From the sequence record NC_073079.1: a stretch of DNA of 44,583 bases; one strand, written 5' to 3'. This stretch comes from Escherichia phage vB_EcoD_Over9000. Shown in pieces: positions 43,387-44,583 of this stretch; positions within the stretch are counted from its first letter, which is position 1, and each line of letters begins with the position of its first letter. The notes beneath the pieces are model-generated. The model searched no databases, had not been told where the DNA came from, and worked only from the letters and a program-made list of their open reading frames with translations. The position numbers were made by a program, and so were the translations under genes.

Positions 43387-44529
43387 ATGCACCCGCAAAC
43401 TAAAATTACCGATGAGCAATTGATCGCAGAATTGCAAGCAGGCACTACGTCGAAAGATATTGCTAAGAAATACGGGATTGCACTGCGCAATGTTTATATG
43501 CGCAAAGCCCGACTGGCGAAAAAGGGGATCGGGCACGGTAATGATGCCGTAATCCGTAAGCGCGTTGCCGACGGCTTCGGCGTGAAGCGCGTCTCGGCCC
43601 TGGTGCGTGGTAATGGCGAAGAGGTCATGTCGTGGGTTATCACCGAGCAGGACAAAGAGCGCCAACTAGAGGCAATGCGCGCCGTTGTCGAGGGGATGAA
43701 CAGCGAAATCACACCGGCAGCACCAGTAAGCGCCCCGCCGGTACCGATCCAGGCGCTTGACCTGCTCAACCTGTACACCGTGTCTGACTTCCACTTGGGA
43801 ATGCTGGCATGGGGCGAGGAGACTGGCGAAGACTGGGATATGGCAATCGCTGAAGATCTGTTCTACCGCTGGTTTGTCGAAGCATTCGCCCGCGCCCCGG
43901 ACGCGGGCACCGCCGTAATCAATATCCTCGGTGATATGGCGCACTTTGATAGCCTTGACGCAGTCACACCGGCAAGCGGTCACATCCTGGACGCGGATAC
44001 CCGATACCAGAAGTTGGTACGCTACATGATTCGCATGGTGCGCAACGTGGTGGAACTGGCGCTGCAAAAACACCACAAAATCAAACTGCTAATTGTCCAG
44101 GGCAATCATGACGAGTCTGGCATGATTTGGCTTGCGGAGATGTTCAATACTCTGTACGAGAACGAGCCGCGCGTCGATGTTGACACGTCACCGGACGTAT
44201 ACAAGATGGTGCAGCACGGTAAAACAACGCTGTTCTTCCACCACGGGCACAAAGCGCGCTTCGATGCTATCGAAACCGTCATGATTTCTAAATTCAGACA
44301 GGCTTTCGGGTCTAGCGAGTACAGCTACGCGCATGTCGGTCACTTGCACCACCAGAAGATTGTTGAATCCCGCAACATGATTGTTGAACAGCACCGGACC
44401 CTCGCAGCGAAAGACGCATATGCCAGCCGTGGTGGTTGGATGTCCGGTCGCAGTGCCAACGTAATCACCTATAGCGCCAACTACGGCGAAGTGGCGCGCT
44501 TAACCATTAGCCCGGAAATGTTGAAGTAA
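43387..44529 (+). CDS. HTH domain fused to calcineurin-like metallophosphoesterase (phosphatase or Mre11/SbcD-like nuclease)
   Basis: 380 aa; N-terminal HTH (TSKDIAKKYGIALRNVYMRKARL); phosphoesterase motifs SDFHLG, LGDMAHFD, QGNHDE, HHGH, HVGHLHH; last gene before the window end. Confidence 0.65.
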   Translation: MHPQTKITDEQLIAELQAGTTSKDIAKKYGIALRNVYMRKARLAKKGIGHGNDAVIRKRVADGFGVKRVSALVRGNGEEVMSWVITEQDKERQLEAMRAVVEGMNSEITPAAPVSAPPVPIQALDLLNLYTVSDFHLGMLAWGEETGEDWDMAIAEDLFYRWFVEAFARAPDAGTAVINILGDMAHFDSLDAVTPASGHILDADTRYQKLVRYMIRMVRNVVELALQKHHKIKLLIVQGNHDESGMIWLAEMFNTLYENEPRVDVDTSPDVYKMVQHGKTTLFFHHGHKARFDAIETVMISKFRQAFGSSEYSYAHVGHLHHQKIVESRNMIVEQHRTLAAKDAYASRGGWMSGRSANVITYSANYGEVARLTISPEMLK

Positions 44530-44540
44530 CGGCAACCCAT

Positions 44541-44577
44541 AAGCCTCCCAGCCTGCCGATTTGGTGGGCTTTTTTGT
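44541..44577 (+). terminator. possible intrinsic terminator at window end
   Basis: Imperfect GC-rich inverted repeat (AAGCCTCCCA ... TTGGTGGGCTT) followed by TTTTTTG after the phosphoesterase gene. Confidence 0.4.
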
Positions 44578-44583
44578 GCCTGT

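Overview
The window reads as a near-complete genome of a tailed dsDNA phage (siphovirus with a lambda-like tail) from an enterobacterial-type host, in three transcriptional blocks. Block 1 (+ strand, 55-24175) is packaging, head and tail: terminase small/large, portal, head-morphogenesis protein, an overlapping Rz/Rz1 spanin pair, scaffold, major capsid, neck proteins, major tail protein, G/GT chaperone with a -1 frameshift, tape measure, M-L-K-I-J-like tail tip genes and a tail fiber. Block 2 (- strand, 24202-36535) is replication and DNA modification: family-A DNA polymerase, SF2 helicase, VRR-NUC nuclease, Cas4-like nuclease, SSB-like protein, Dam-type N6-adenine methyltransferase, compact C5-cytosine-methyltransferase-like protein, HNH-like protein, HAD phosphatase, plus an acidic repeat protein. 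Block 3 (+ strand, 36938-44529) has an HTH regulator, a primase/helicase, small unknown genes, holin-like proteins, a lysozyme and an HTH-metallophosphoesterase fusion. No integrase or CI-like repressor was recognised. The most unusual signals are a reverse-strand two-gene insert inside the head module (5079-6197), a duplicated iteron-plus-hairpin element at two distant loci (11824-12145 and 39690-39870), a recurring ATTGGTTGCA motif in more than ten intergenic regions, and two proteins with acidic/basic tandem repeats. All calls are from reading motifs by eye; none is confirmed by a database search.
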